A DNA stretch of 50,897 nt, from assembly GCA_019661865.1 (NCBI GenBank), contig JAIFWJ010000002.1:1-50897 (forward strand), read 5' to 3'. Of this stretch, positions 16,506-26,248 are shown piece after piece. A model generated the notes under the pieces. The model made no database searches, had not been told where the DNA came from, and saw only the letters and a program-made list of their open reading frames with translations. Numbering within the stretch: position 1 is the stretch's first letter; the number at the start of each line of letters is the position of its first letter. Position numbers and translations under genes: made by a program. This DNA is from Candidatus Parcubacteria bacterium (GTDB taxonomy: Bacteria; Patescibacteriota; Minisyncoccia; Phycocordibacterales; Zambryskibacteraceae).

Positions 16506-17069
16506 ATGACAGTTATAAAACACAAAGCCCAGCGTGTCGGCATTTTTATAGATACGCAGAACCTTTATCACTCAGCTAAGAATCTCTACCACGCCAAGGC
16601 GAACTTCGGTGCCATAGTTAAGGAAGCGCTCGACGGTCGCACTCTAGTGCGCGCTATCGCGTATGTAGCATCTACTGAAAGCGGTGAAGAGAAAAGTTTC
16701 TTCGAAGCATTAAGTAAGGTTGGTATCGAGACTCGTACCAAACCCCTTCAGATCTTTCTCGGCGGTGCTAAGAAAGCCAACTGGGATATCGATCTCGCCA
16801 TAGATGCAGTCAAGTTAGCTCCCAAGCTCGACACTATTATCATCTGTTCAGGTGACGGAGACTTCGCATCCCTCGTCGAATACCTTAAGAACACGCATGG
16901 TACCCAAGTAGAAGTAGTTTCATTCGGTAAATCTTCTTCTTCCAAGCTTATTGAAGTTGCAGATGACTTCCTAGACCTAGATCTTGGTCCAAAGAAATAT
17001 TTAATGGGTTTCAACGGCGGTAGTGAACCTCGACGCGTAGTTCGTCGTCTTCCAGCAGATAAAATGTAG
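16506..17069 (+). CDS. NYN domain (LabA/DUF88) protein
   Basis: FIDTQNLY, D.DLAIDA, SGDGDF and ADDFLDL motifs. Confidence 0.9.
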   Translation: MTVIKHKAQRVGIFIDTQNLYHSAKNLYHAKANFGAIVKEALDGRTLVRAIAYVASTESGEEKSFFEALSKVGIETRTKPLQIFLGGAKKANWDIDLAIDAVKLAPKLDTIIICSGDGDFASLVEYLKNTHGTQVEVVSFGKSSSSKLIEVADDFLDLDLGPKKYLMGFNGGSEPRRVVRRLPADKM

Positions 17070-17081
17070 TAAAATAGGGCC

Positions 17082-17960
17082 ATGGATCCCGAGAAAGCTC
17101 CTCCTTCACAACAGACACATCAAGAATCTAGTGGCACTTTGAAGCAGATTAGAACTTTCCAAGGCGACATAGCAGAAGCGCTTAAAGAACGTCAAGCGAG
17201 TGTCGTCACAGTTGCACAAGCGGAACAGGCCAGGAAGAAAACCATTATCCCCCAAGAAGCACCAGGAGAAGGGAGAAAAGTATTTTTCCTAACTCTTGGC
17301 ACTCTTATTCTTCTCGCACTCGGTGTAGGTGGAGCTTGGTATGCATATGGAACTTATAAAACTAAAACTGCTCCACCGATAGTCGAGATCCCGAATAACA
17401 GACTTATCCCAGCTCAGAGTCAGAGGACAATGAATGTATCATCCTTAAACTTACAATCTCTTGTAAAAATATTAAATTCTTCCGAAAGAACCAAGGGTGT
17501 GGAACAAATTCAAATTACTCCTGACTCGGGAACTGGATTTATACCTACTAGTGACTTCATGAACCTTATAGGCGCTACGCCTCCCGGAGCCTTACTCCGA
17601 GCATTCAACCCGACATTTATGCTCGGTATACTCACTGATACTAAATCTCATCCTTTCCTACTCATAAAACTAGACTCGTTCGAAAATGCATTTCCAGGCA
17701 TGCTCGAATGGGAGAAGATAATGTCTGTGGACTTATTGCCCCTCTTCGCCTCGGCCAATGAAGTCACCTCGGTACCACCTACAGCTAAGTTCGAGGATAT
17801 TACTATTAAGAACAAAGATGCCAGAGTACTCCGAGATATAAATGGACAGACCCGACTCCTATATTCATTCTTCGACAGCCACATACTCATAATTACTGAT
17901 AATGAAGAGACCTTGCGTACTCTTATAACCAAGATAACCGGGGAATTACTCATTAGGTAA
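17082..17960 (+). CDS. Hypothetical single-pass membrane protein
   Basis: 292 aa, 'IRTFQGDIA' N-terminal motif and one TM helix near residues 67-88. Confidence 0.8.
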   Translation: MDPEKAPPSQQTHQESSGTLKQIRTFQGDIAEALKERQASVVTVAQAEQARKKTIIPQEAPGEGRKVFFLTLGTLILLALGVGGAWYAYGTYKTKTAPPIVEIPNNRLIPAQSQRTMNVSSLNLQSLVKILNSSERTKGVEQIQITPDSGTGFIPTSDFMNLIGATPPGALLRAFNPTFMLGILTDTKSHPFLLIKLDSFENAFPGMLEWEKIMSVDLLPLFASANEVTSVPPTAKFEDITIKNKDARVLRDINGQTRLLYSFFDSHILIITDNEETLRTLITKITGELLIR

Positions 17961-18002
17961 GCCGCTCTAGGCAGTCTCTGGTTAGTTTGTTAAAATGCCA
18001 AG

Positions 18003-18362
18003 ATGACTAGAGATGTGGAACATTTTAGGAAGAAACTTGAGGCAGAGAAGACGAGCCTGGAGGAACAGCTGAGCCAGGTTGGACGCAAGGATCCAGACAA
18101 CCCTTCCAACTGGGAAGCCAAGCCCAATGAACGTGACGTTTCCCAAGCAGATGAGAACACGGTTGCAGACGGCATAGAGGAATTCGAGGAGAACAATGCC
18201 ATAGTAAACACCCTTGAGACACGGCTTAAGGACGTACGTTCTGGGCTCGATAAGATCAAGCACAATGTTTACGGTCTCTGCCAAGTATGCAAGAAGGAGA
18301 TAGAGACCGACCGTCTAGAGGCGAACCCTGCCGCTCGCACCTGTAAGGAGCACATGGCATAA
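18003..18362 (+). CDS. TraR/DksA-family zinc finger protein
   Basis: Coiled coil plus YGLCQVC..EI...RLEANPAARTCKEH. Confidence 0.9.
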   Translation: MTRDVEHFRKKLEAEKTSLEEQLSQVGRKDPDNPSNWEAKPNERDVSQADENTVADGIEEFEENNAIVNTLETRLKDVRSGLDKIKHNVYGLCQVCKKEIETDRLEANPAARTCKEHMA

Positions 18363-18388
18363 AACACTCTGCGTGCTAGCATAAATGC

Positions 18389-19912
18389 ATGGGAGTTTCC
18401 CGAGTTTATTCTGCTCAGACCAACCTTCTCTCAGTACAGATTATTCAGGTAGAAACTGATATCTCTCGAGGACTTTATGCATTTTCTATTGTGGGACTGG
18501 CGGATAAAGCTGTAGAAGAATCTCGTGATAGGGTTAGTGCCGCCATTAAAAATTCTGGCCTCTCCTCTCCGAAAACTAAGAACCAGAAAATTGTAATCTC
18601 CTTGGCACCCGCTTCGGTACCGAAGGAGGGACCAGCCTTCGACTTAGCTATCGCTCTTTCATATTTACTATCTGCAGAGGAGATCGACTTTAGTCCAGAG
18701 GGAAAATTATTTTTAGGAGAATTGTCTCTTGATGGAACCTTGCGCTCAGTGCGAGGAATACTACCTATAACCAAAGCAGCTTTAGAAAAAGGTTTCAAAG
18801 AAATTTTCGTACCTAAGGACAATACTAAGGAAGCTGCACTCATTGATGGTATAAAGGTCTATGGTGCAGCAAATTTAAATGAAGTACTGAAACACCTAAG
18901 CGGAGAAAAATTAATTACTCCAGCTACAAGAACCAAACTTGCTACCAGCAAAATAGAAACCAAAACTGATTTCTCTGACGTGCGCGGACAAGAAAGAGCA
19001 AAGCGCGGACTCCTCATAGCTGCAGCCGGAGGACACAACGCGGCTATGTATGGACCACCAGGTACAGGTAAGACCATGCTGGCTCGGGCCTTCTCAGGGA
19101 TACTCCCTTCACTTACATTCGATGAGTCGCTCGAGACCACAAGTATTTATTCTGTAGCAGGAGTACTCTCAGGTTTTATTACAGAACCACCATTCCGATC
19201 ACCACATCACACCGCATCATATGTTTCCTTGGTCGGTGGAGGAGCTACGCCTCGGCCTGGTGAGGTAACACTTGCGCATAGAGGAGTACTTTTCATGGAT
19301 GAGTTTCCTGAGTTCGAGAGAAGAGTGATAGAGAGCTTACGCCAACCACTTGAGGATAAGGTAATTTCTGTCTCGCGTGCTAAGGGCACCGCACACTTTC
19401 CTGCAGATGTTTTACTCGTCGCAGCTATGAACCCGTGTCCATGTGGAAATTACGGATTTAAAGGAAAACAATGTATATGTACCCCATCAGCACTAGCACG
19501 CTACAGAAGAAAAATGAGTGGACCCATCGTCGATCGCATAGATATATGGCTAGAGGTGGACAGAGTCCTGCCGAGAGACCTAAGCGAGGGAGAAGCAGGA
19601 GAGAGAAGTGAAATCTTCAGAGAGAAAGTAGAAAGAGCAAGAAACATACAGAAGAAACGCTTCGAAAATAATAAAAGTAAACTTTTTAAAAATTCTGAGA
19701 TGTCCGCACGGGATATCACACTTGTTGTAGTTACATCTGACGCCAGACAAACACTCAACCTCGCCGCAGAACGACTCGGCTTCTCGCCCAGAGTTTACCA
19801 TCGCATGCTTAAGGTGGCTCGTACCATAGCTGACCTTGACTCCTCAGAGGATATAAAACGTGACCATATACTTGAGGCAGTAGAATATAGACCGAAGAAA
19901 TTTGATATGTAA
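18389..19912 (+). CDS. comM: ComM/YifB Mg-chelatase-like AAA+ helicase
   Basis: IVGLADKAVEESRDRV, GPPGTGKT, PFRSPHHTAS, LAHRGVLFMDE and MNPCPCG motifs. Confidence 0.95.
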   Translation: MGVSRVYSAQTNLLSVQIIQVETDISRGLYAFSIVGLADKAVEESRDRVSAAIKNSGLSSPKTKNQKIVISLAPASVPKEGPAFDLAIALSYLLSAEEIDFSPEGKLFLGELSLDGTLRSVRGILPITKAALEKGFKEIFVPKDNTKEAALIDGIKVYGAANLNEVLKHLSGEKLITPATRTKLATSKIETKTDFSDVRGQERAKRGLLIAAAGGHNAAMYGPPGTGKTMLARAFSGILPSLTFDESLETTSIYSVAGVLSGFITEPPFRSPHHTASYVSLVGGGATPRPGEVTLAHRGVLFMDEFPEFERRVIESLRQPLEDKVISVSRAKGTAHFPADVLLVAAMNPCPCGNYGFKGKQCICTPSALARYRRKMSGPIVDRIDIWLEVDRVLPRDLSEGEAGERSEIFREKVERARNIQKKRFENNKSKLFKNSEMSARDITLVVVTSDARQTLNLAAERLGFSPRVYHRMLKVARTIADLDSSEDIKRDHILEAVEYRPKKFDM

Positions 19913-19957
19913 AATGGTAGCGGACGTCTATAGTTCCAGGCCCCTAAAGAGAGGAAA

Positions 19958-20275
19958 ATGTTTTACGAGCACACAATCGCTGAAGTGAAGAAAACTGTAA
20001 CAGAAAGATTCCCAGAAGCTCACCCAGTCGACCTCGATAGGCTCTCTCGTCCGGAGAATCACATTCTCTGGATGGCAGATGCAATTGAGAAGCTCAATAC
20101 CAATTCACAGAAGCATGCTGCTCAAGCCGCATGGTATACAGGAAGAATTCTTCTGCTTTGCGAGCATGATCTGAGTCTCTGGAGATATCATGAGTCCCAA
20201 GACCTCTTGAGCGTTGATCTAAAGAATAAGTCACATCTTCCACACAGGAAACTTAGACTCCACTCCGGCAAATAG
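19958..20275 (+). CDS. Hypothetical protein
   Basis: 105 aa, GAGAGG SD, terminator at the 3' end. Confidence 0.65.
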   Translation: MFYEHTIAEVKKTVTERFPEAHPVDLDRLSRPENHILWMADAIEKLNTNSQKHAAQAAWYTGRILLLCEHDLSLWRYHESQDLLSVDLKNKSHLPHRKLRLHSGK

Positions 20276-20286
20276 CTGGAGTTTTT
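20262..20286 (+). terminator. Intrinsic terminator
   Basis: ACTCCGGC-AAATA-GCTGGAGT followed by TTTT. Confidence 0.6.
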
Positions 20287-20298
20287 ATTAGATTTTTA

Positions 20299-21351
20299 TT
20301 AGAAAGGATTCCTCGCACCGCGAACCTCGAAGTGAAGATGTGGGCCAGTAGTCTTACCAGTGAGTCCTATCGCTCCGATAGTTTGTCCTTGTACCACAGA
20401 ATCACCCACAGCTATGTCGTTACGCGAGAGGTGTGCATAGAGAGTTTGTGTGCCATTATCGTGCGAAACTACAATATAGGATCCATATCCTCCGTTATAT
20501 CCACCGATTTTAGAAATTATGACTTTGCCAGCGGCCGAGGCCCAGATTGGAGTGCCGACTGGTGCGCCGATGTCTATACCATTGTGTCCATGAAGCCCTT
20601 GAGTCTTTATGCCATCAACTGGTCTCATATAGTAACCAGCATAGTTCGGAAGTCTCGAGCCCACGGGTAGAATTCCTCCCCCAGATATGCTGCCTGAGGA
20701 GCCCGAACTACTAGGTACTGAATCTATTTCACCATCAGGTACGATCACAATCTGCCCAGTAACAAGCTTGGAGCTTGGTGCAAGGTCGTTATAGGCCAAG
20801 ATGTCACTAACATCTGCACCGTACTTCTTGGCAATGCTTTGAACAGTATCTCCAGAGCGCACAGTGTGACGAACTCCAGAAATAGGCAGGATTACAAGCT
20901 CCATGCCTGGGTTTATAGTGGTACCAATATCGTTTGCCCATATAATGGTGCTCTTCGAGACTCCGAACATCTGAGCAATGGAAGAAAGCGTATCTCCTTT
21001 ACGAACCACATATACAGAAATCTGTCCGGTGCCAGACTTGCCGTAGTCTATGAAGGCCTCGCCGCTATCCTTCTCTGTCGAGAGAGCAGAATTATCTACT
21101 ACCGCAAGTTGTGAACCACTCTTGGCGTTGGGATTTGTATTTAAAGGCGCTTCAAGAAGACTCATAGTCTGAGAGTTCTTATGCACAATCGTCTCAGGAG
21201 CCCGGAAGAGCTTAGAGGCAGAGGAGCGGGCCAACACTAGAGCTGGCACAGCAACCAAAATAAAAAGCCCGAGAATAAACTTCGCTCGAACTTGGCCACG
21301 ATTTTTCTTATTTAAGACGCGAAATTCATTATTACCCGGGCGTCTCTTCAA
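20299..21351 (-). CDS. 2xLysM + M23 peptidoglycan endopeptidase
   Basis: YVVRKGDTLSSIA and HTVRSGDTVQSIA LysM repeats; HNGID, YAHL and HLHFE M23 motifs. Start uncertain. Confidence 0.93.
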   Translation of the reverse strand: MKRRPGNNEFRVLNKKNRGQVRAKFILGLFILVAVPALVLARSSASKLFRAPETIVHKNSQTMSLLEAPLNTNPNAKSGSQLAVVDNSALSTEKDSGEAFIDYGKSGTGQISVYVVRKGDTLSSIAQMFGVSKSTIIWANDIGTTINPGMELVILPISGVRHTVRSGDTVQSIAKKYGADVSDILAYNDLAPSSKLVTGQIVIVPDGEIDSVPSSSGSSGSISGGGILPVGSRLPNYAGYYMRPVDGIKTQGLHGHNGIDIGAPVGTPIWASAAGKVIISKIGGYNGGYGSYIVVSHDNGTQTLYAHLSRNDIAVGDSVVQGQTIGAIGLTGKTTGPHLHFEVRGARNPF

Positions 21352-21487
21352 CTTTGAAATACAGATTGGTTAAACTTGTAGGTTCGGCGTATCTGTCAGG
21401 ACTTCCGTGCGGCTACCTGTAATTATAGCACTTACCCCTAGCGCGACAACCAAGGTTTATGGTCTTATTTAGTAAATTAACATGATA

Positions 21488-21520
21488 AAGGCCCGCAGAC
21501 GCCTAAGCGCTGCGGGCCTT
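21488..21520 (-). terminator. Terminator hairpin after the 21531 ORF
   Basis: AAGGCCCGCAG...CTGCGGGCCTT inverted repeat. Confidence 0.7.
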
Positions 21521-21530
21521 GTGTGATGAG

Positions 21531-22160
21531 TTAAGACCTTTTAACCGATGCCCATGAGCTCAGGCCAGAGATCAGCCTCTCCTTGCCATCGGGACCGACG
21601 ATGAAATCCTCGCGGAGGTAGGTCGGACCGAGCCATCTGAGCGACTGGATGGGAAAACGTTGGGTCCATCGAGTCTTCGTGATGGTAATGGAAGGGAAGG
21701 AATCCAGGACAACCTTCGCTTCGTCATCTACTCGGATCAGCTTGCTGGCGTGACTCTTGGGGTCCGGATTGGCCTGGATGAAGAGAAGATCCCTTTTACC
21801 CAGAAAAGCTTGCGCGCTCTTGGGAAGATCTGTCTTCGACACCCTGACATACTTGCCAGTGCCGAAGGTGGAGTCCACCTGAACAACTACCGGCGCACTC
21901 GGCAAGCTTGCCGTGAAGCTTTGAAGTGCCAGGCAGCCGATGAGGAAGACCACGCCCACTCCTCCGAGAACTCCCATGGTCATGATTGCTCGTATGAACA
22001 GGAACTCGGGGTAATGGCTCGGATACATGTTCTTCGGGCGTCCCTTGACCCTGTAGACCAAGTGCCAGACGAGCCCCAAAACGAGGAGAATACTCCCCAC
22101 AGTGAGGGTAGTCACAACCAACGCTTTGAAAATGAATGCTGCTTTCGCCAAACCACTCAT
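21531..22160 (-). CDS. Hypothetical membrane protein (2 TM), GC-richer than its flanks
   Basis: 209 aa, AGGGGG SD, upstream TGCTATAAT and downstream hairpin. Confidence 0.7.
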   Translation of the reverse strand: MSGLAKAAFIFKALVVTTLTVGSILLVLGLVWHLVYRVKGRPKNMYPSHYPEFLFIRAIMTMGVLGGVGVVFLIGCLALQSFTASLPSAPVVVQVDSTFGTGKYVRVSKTDLPKSAQAFLGKRDLLFIQANPDPKSHASKLIRVDDEAKVVLDSFPSITITKTRWTQRFPIQSLRWLGPTYLREDFIVGPDGKERLISGLSSWASVKRS

Positions 22161-22273
22161 AGAGCCCCCTGTTTGATGTGAATTGATATAAACATTTACT
22201 TCTTGTTGTATTATAGCATATCCAGTACCAGTCTGTCAATAGGAGAATTGAGATTATGTTATACTAGTAGAAA

Positions 22274-24232
22274 ATGGCTATAAACCTAGATCATTTGAAT
22301 GCTCCCCAGAGGCAGGCGGTGGAGGCCCTAGACGGCCCTTTACTTATACTGGCTGGGGCAGGAGCGGGGAAAACCAAGACCCTTACAGAGAGGATTAGGC
22401 ACCTTATATATAAAGGAGTGGCCCCACACCAGATCTTAGCTATTACGTTTACTAATAAAGCTGCTCGCGAGATGAGAGAGCGCCTTCACAGAATGCTTGA
22501 GAGCGATAAAAACCTTAACCGACCAGTAACAAGCTTCGAGAGGCCCTTTGTCTCTACTTTCCATGCACTGTGTGTATTTATACTTAAGGCAGAGCATCAG
22601 AAGGTGGGAATCCATAAACACTTCACAATATTCGATAAAGCAGACGGTAAGCGTGCGATTAAAGAAGCTCTTGAGAAGAAAGGTCTCGACCCCAAGCTTC
22701 ATGAACCAGAAAGAATCCTCTCTATCATTTCTAAGGAGAAAGGCCGAGACACTACCGCAGAAGAATACGCGATCCACAGCGAGGGAGGATACTTCACTAG
22801 TGTGGTGGCAGAAATATGGACAGAGTACGAGAAGATACTCAAGCGTGACAGCGCATTAGACTTTGATGATCTCTTACTTAAAACGGCAAGGCTATTAAGA
22901 AATGACAAGGAGGTAAGAATGAAGTACCAAAACTTCTGGCAGTACGTGCATATCGATGAGTATCAGGATACAAATAAAGTGCAGTACGAAATATCCAAGC
23001 TCTTAGTAGGAGACAGACACAACATATGCGTAGTCGGAGATATAGATCAGAATATTTATTCTTGGCGCGGAGCAGATATCCAGAATATTTTAAACTTCGA
23101 AAGAGATTACTCGGAGGCTAAAGTGATAATACTCGAAGAGAACTATAGATCAACTAAGACAATCCTAAACGCTGCGAACATCATCATTGAAAAGAACAGG
23201 ATCAGAAGGAAGAAAAATCTTTTCACTAGTAATTCAGAAGGAGATAGAATTGGAATTTATTCCGGCTTCGATGAAGTGGCAGAGGCGAACTTCATCGTAA
23301 GTAAGGTGCGCGAGTTTATTAAGAACGGCATGAGACCAGATGAGATAGCCGTGCTATACCGAGCCAACTTTCAGTCGCGCGCACTAGAAGAAGCATTTCT
23401 TGTAGAAGGTGTACCGTATCAACTCTTAGGTACACAGTTCTTCGACAGACGTGAGGTGAAAGATATTCTCTCATATATTCGTGCAGCACTTAACCCAGAT
23501 GCTCTCTCAGACAAAAAGAGAATCATAAACGTTCCCGCCAGAGGACTCGGTAAGACAACTGTGGCGAAAATATTCTTAAGCCAAGAGGAAGGTTTACCCG
23601 CTGCTACGAAACTGAAGCTCAGGAGCTTTAACGAACTACTCGAGGAGATTAAGAAGACCGCCGAAGAGAAATCGCCCTCGGAAACAGTAGCATTCGTTAT
23701 CCGAGCATCTGGCTTAGAAGACGAATGGAAAGCGGCGAAGAAAGAAGAAGATGCAGAAAGACTATTAAACGCTTATGAACTGGCAAGCTTCGCCGCACGC
23801 TACGACTCACTTCCTCTAGGAGAGGGCATAGAGAAGTTCCTTGAAGATGCAGCGCTCCAGAGTGACCAAGACACTTTAGATGAAGAAAAAAATGGTGTGA
23901 GACTGATGACCGTACACGCATCTAAAGGACTGGAGTTTGACATCGTCTTCATCTCTGGACTTGAAGATGGACTTTTTCCACATCAGAAGGTTACTAAGGA
24001 AGGTATTACTCCCGAGGAAGCAGAGGAAGAAAGGAGACTCTTCTATGTAGCGCTCACTCGTGCCAGAAAAAAAGTTTTTCTCACATATGCACAAGTGCGT
24101 ATGGTCTACGGCAGAAGACAAGTAAACATCCCATCTGAATTTATATTCGATGTACCTGAAGAATTAACAGAAGAAGAGATTTTCAATGAAGAAGGGATAC
24201 CTAGGAGACCATTAATGCGAATCGACTTCTAA
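22274..24232 (+). CDS. pcrA: UvrD/PcrA SF1 DNA helicase
   Basis: AGAGAGKT, TFTNKAA, DEYQD, VGDIDQ, NYRS, TVHASKGLEF and YVALTRA motifs. Confidence 0.96.
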   Translation: MAINLDHLNAPQRQAVEALDGPLLILAGAGAGKTKTLTERIRHLIYKGVAPHQILAITFTNKAAREMRERLHRMLESDKNLNRPVTSFERPFVSTFHALCVFILKAEHQKVGIHKHFTIFDKADGKRAIKEALEKKGLDPKLHEPERILSIISKEKGRDTTAEEYAIHSEGGYFTSVVAEIWTEYEKILKRDSALDFDDLLLKTARLLRNDKEVRMKYQNFWQYVHIDEYQDTNKVQYEISKLLVGDRHNICVVGDIDQNIYSWRGADIQNILNFERDYSEAKVIILEENYRSTKTILNAANIIIEKNRIRRKKNLFTSNSEGDRIGIYSGFDEVAEANFIVSKVREFIKNGMRPDEIAVLYRANFQSRALEEAFLVEGVPYQLLGTQFFDRREVKDILSYIRAALNPDALSDKKRIINVPARGLGKTTVAKIFLSQEEGLPAATKLKLRSFNELLEEIKKTAEEKSPSETVAFVIRASGLEDEWKAAKKEEDAERLLNAYELASFAARYDSLPLGEGIEKFLEDAALQSDQDTLDEEKNGVRLMTVHASKGLEFDIVFISGLEDGLFPHQKVTKEGITPEEAEEERRLFYVALTRARKKVFLTYAQVRMVYGRRQVNIPSEFIFDVPEELTEEEIFNEEGIPRRPLMRIDF

Positions 24233-24242
24233 AATTTCTAAA

Positions 24243-25028
24243 ATGAAAGCGAAAAAATCTCTAGGCCAGCATTTCTTGAAATCTGATAAAGCTCTGAAGG
24301 AGATTGTAAATGCGGGAGAGGTAGGGGCAGATGATATTGTCTTAGAAATCGGACCGGGACACGGTGATCTTACCTGGAGACTTATTGTTCTGGCTGCTAA
24401 GGTTATAGCAGTAGAGAAAGATGATAACTTATACGCAGAACTCAAGGAGAAGTTTGCAAAAGAAATTAATGCAGGGAGACTAGATTTAATTCATGGAGAT
24501 ATATTGGATTTCAATCCAGAATTATTAAGATTTTATAAAGACTTAGATTACAAAATTGTCTCTAACATTCCGTACAATATTACTGGTGCTATATTAAAAA
24601 AGTTTTTAACTAGCGAGTATCAGCCGGAGAGTGTGGTGCTCTTAGTCCAGAAGGAGGTGGCAGAAAGAATTGTCGCTCGCGATGATAAAGAAAGCATTCT
24701 CTCACTCTCAATCAAATGCTACGGTACACCGCACTATAAGGGGACCGTTAAGGCAGGATCATTCGCTCCAGCACCTAAGGTAGACTCAGCGGTTTTACTT
24801 GTTGATGATATTTCTAAAGAGTTTTTCATAAACTTTAATGAAGAGAAGTTCTTTAAGCTTCTCCATGAAGGGTTTAAGTCGAAGAGAAAGAAGCTCTTAT
24901 CTAACCTTTCTAACCTATCAGAGAAAAAACGCCTGGAAGAAGTGTTTAAGAAGCTTGGATTAGATCCAAACGTCCGAGCCGAGGATGTACACATAGAAGA
25001 CTGGCAAAAATTGGCACAGAGTATATAG
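24243..25028 (+). CDS. rsmA: 16S rRNA dimethyladenosine transferase
   Basis: KKSLGQHFL, LEIGPG.G.LT, NIPYNIT, QKEVAERI and F.PAPKVDS motifs. Confidence 0.97.
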   Translation: MKAKKSLGQHFLKSDKALKEIVNAGEVGADDIVLEIGPGHGDLTWRLIVLAAKVIAVEKDDNLYAELKEKFAKEINAGRLDLIHGDILDFNPELLRFYKDLDYKIVSNIPYNITGAILKKFLTSEYQPESVVLLVQKEVAERIVARDDKESILSLSIKCYGTPHYKGTVKAGSFAPAPKVDSAVLLVDDISKEFFINFNEEKFFKLLHEGFKSKRKKLLSNLSNLSEKKRLEEVFKKLGLDPNVRAEDVHIEDWQKLAQSI

Positions 25029-25035
25029 TGAGCAC

Positions 25036-25398
25036 ATGAAATCAGAACATGTAGTGGCCACCCTGGTCGGGATCCTGGTATTCGTAGGAGTTACTTCCGG
25101 TGTCTATATAACCCTGGTCGGGGCAGAGGATACCCCTCACCTTAAGACCGTTCCTACGACTGTAGAGAACCTCAATGCCTATAGTGCCTCAGTAATGGCC
25201 ATATTTAGTAAGTATAAAGACCTTACCGACGATAATATAAAGAAAGGGGCCTCTTCAGAAGCTTTATCCACCCTTTACCACAGAGCAGCTGTAGAACTCT
25301 TGAATCTTTCTGTACCTACAGACCTCCTAGACACCCATACTCAGTTGGTAGATACCTATCTTAACAACGAACGCCAGCTCAAGGACGCCAAGAAGTAA
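25036..25398 (+). CDS. Hypothetical membrane-anchored protein, short paralog-like partner of the next gene
   Basis: N-terminal TM helix. LLNLSVPTDLLDTHTQLVDTY resembles LKSLPVPLSLASLHLQLVNSY of the next ORF. Confidence 0.7.
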   Translation: MKSEHVVATLVGILVFVGVTSGVYITLVGAEDTPHLKTVPTTVENLNAYSASVMAIFSKYKDLTDDNIKKGASSEALSTLYHRAAVELLNLSVPTDLLDTHTQLVDTYLNNERQLKDAKK

Positions 25399-25477
25399 GA
25401 GAACCAGAGTAAGAACTAAGATTAGAGTGGATTCCGTATACATAGGAGCTTAATTGTCTGTTATACTTTTAGGTAAC

Positions 25478-26248
25478 ATGCGATTTCGCTTGAGTATTGC
25501 TCTTTTAGTATCAGTTGTCCTTATCGGTGGAGCGCTTTTTTACAAATTGAGTGCGTCTCATGGTGAAGCCCAGATTTCTTTTGTACAAGGAGATGAGAAT
25601 AACCTGGCAGATGTCTCTATAAGTCTAGACGGTGACACGGTTACTGATTTATCTGTACCGACCTCTAGCACAAGTACTGACAACCTTTCTACTACTGACC
25701 TTATCGGTCGCTCTCTCTTGTCAGATTATATAAACTTAGCTGCCAACGGAGAGGACACCGAGGACAATGTAAACGCTCTAGCTAATAAGTACGCCGACCA
25801 AGTTCCTACATTAACCATATCTCAAGAGTTAAAAGCCTCAGACGTACAGACTGTCGATGATACCCAGAGTAATTACCAGAAGTATGCAGATGCATTTACT
25901 AAAATCCATAAGACTTACGTAGATTATATAAATAAAACTGGAATCCAGAAGAAAAACATTACCGATCTGGGTCCAGACCTATACTTCGCTGCACGGGCCT
26001 TCAGTATTGCCTACACTCAGGCGGGAGACTCACTTAAGAGTCTTCCGGTGCCACTCTCTCTGGCCTCACTTCACTTACAGCTAGTGAATAGTTATTACTC
26101 GAGCGGAGCAGCCATGCTCGCTATTTCAAAAACTGAGAATGATTCTGCATCGGCCTTCGCCGGACTTGTAACGCTTAGCTCCAATTTGAAAATCGAGGAT
26201 TCTCTTATGGCAGAGATCACAAAGACAATAAATAGTCATGGAGTCTAA
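25478..26248 (+). CDS. Hypothetical membrane-anchored helical protein (start of T4SS-like cluster)
   Basis: ATG 25478 after TGTTATACT, N-terminal TM helix, overlaps the next gene. Confidence 0.78.
   Translation: MRFRLSIALLVSVVLIGGALFYKLSASHGEAQISFVQGDENNLADVSISLDGDTVTDLSVPTSSTSTDNLSTTDLIGRSLLSDYINLAANGEDTEDNVNALANKYADQVPTLTISQELKASDVQTVDDTQSNYQKYADAFTKIHKTYVDYINKTGIQKKNITDLGPDLYFAARAFSIAYTQAGDSLKSLPVPLSLASLHLQLVNSYYSSGAAMLAISKTENDSASAFAGLVTLSSNLKIEDSLMAEITKTINSHGV

Noticed and set aside
21660-22239. Alternative ORFs of 173 and 147 aa
   Set aside because: They overlap the 209-aa ORF, which has the SD, promoter, TM helices and terminator. Higher GC explains the open alternative frames.
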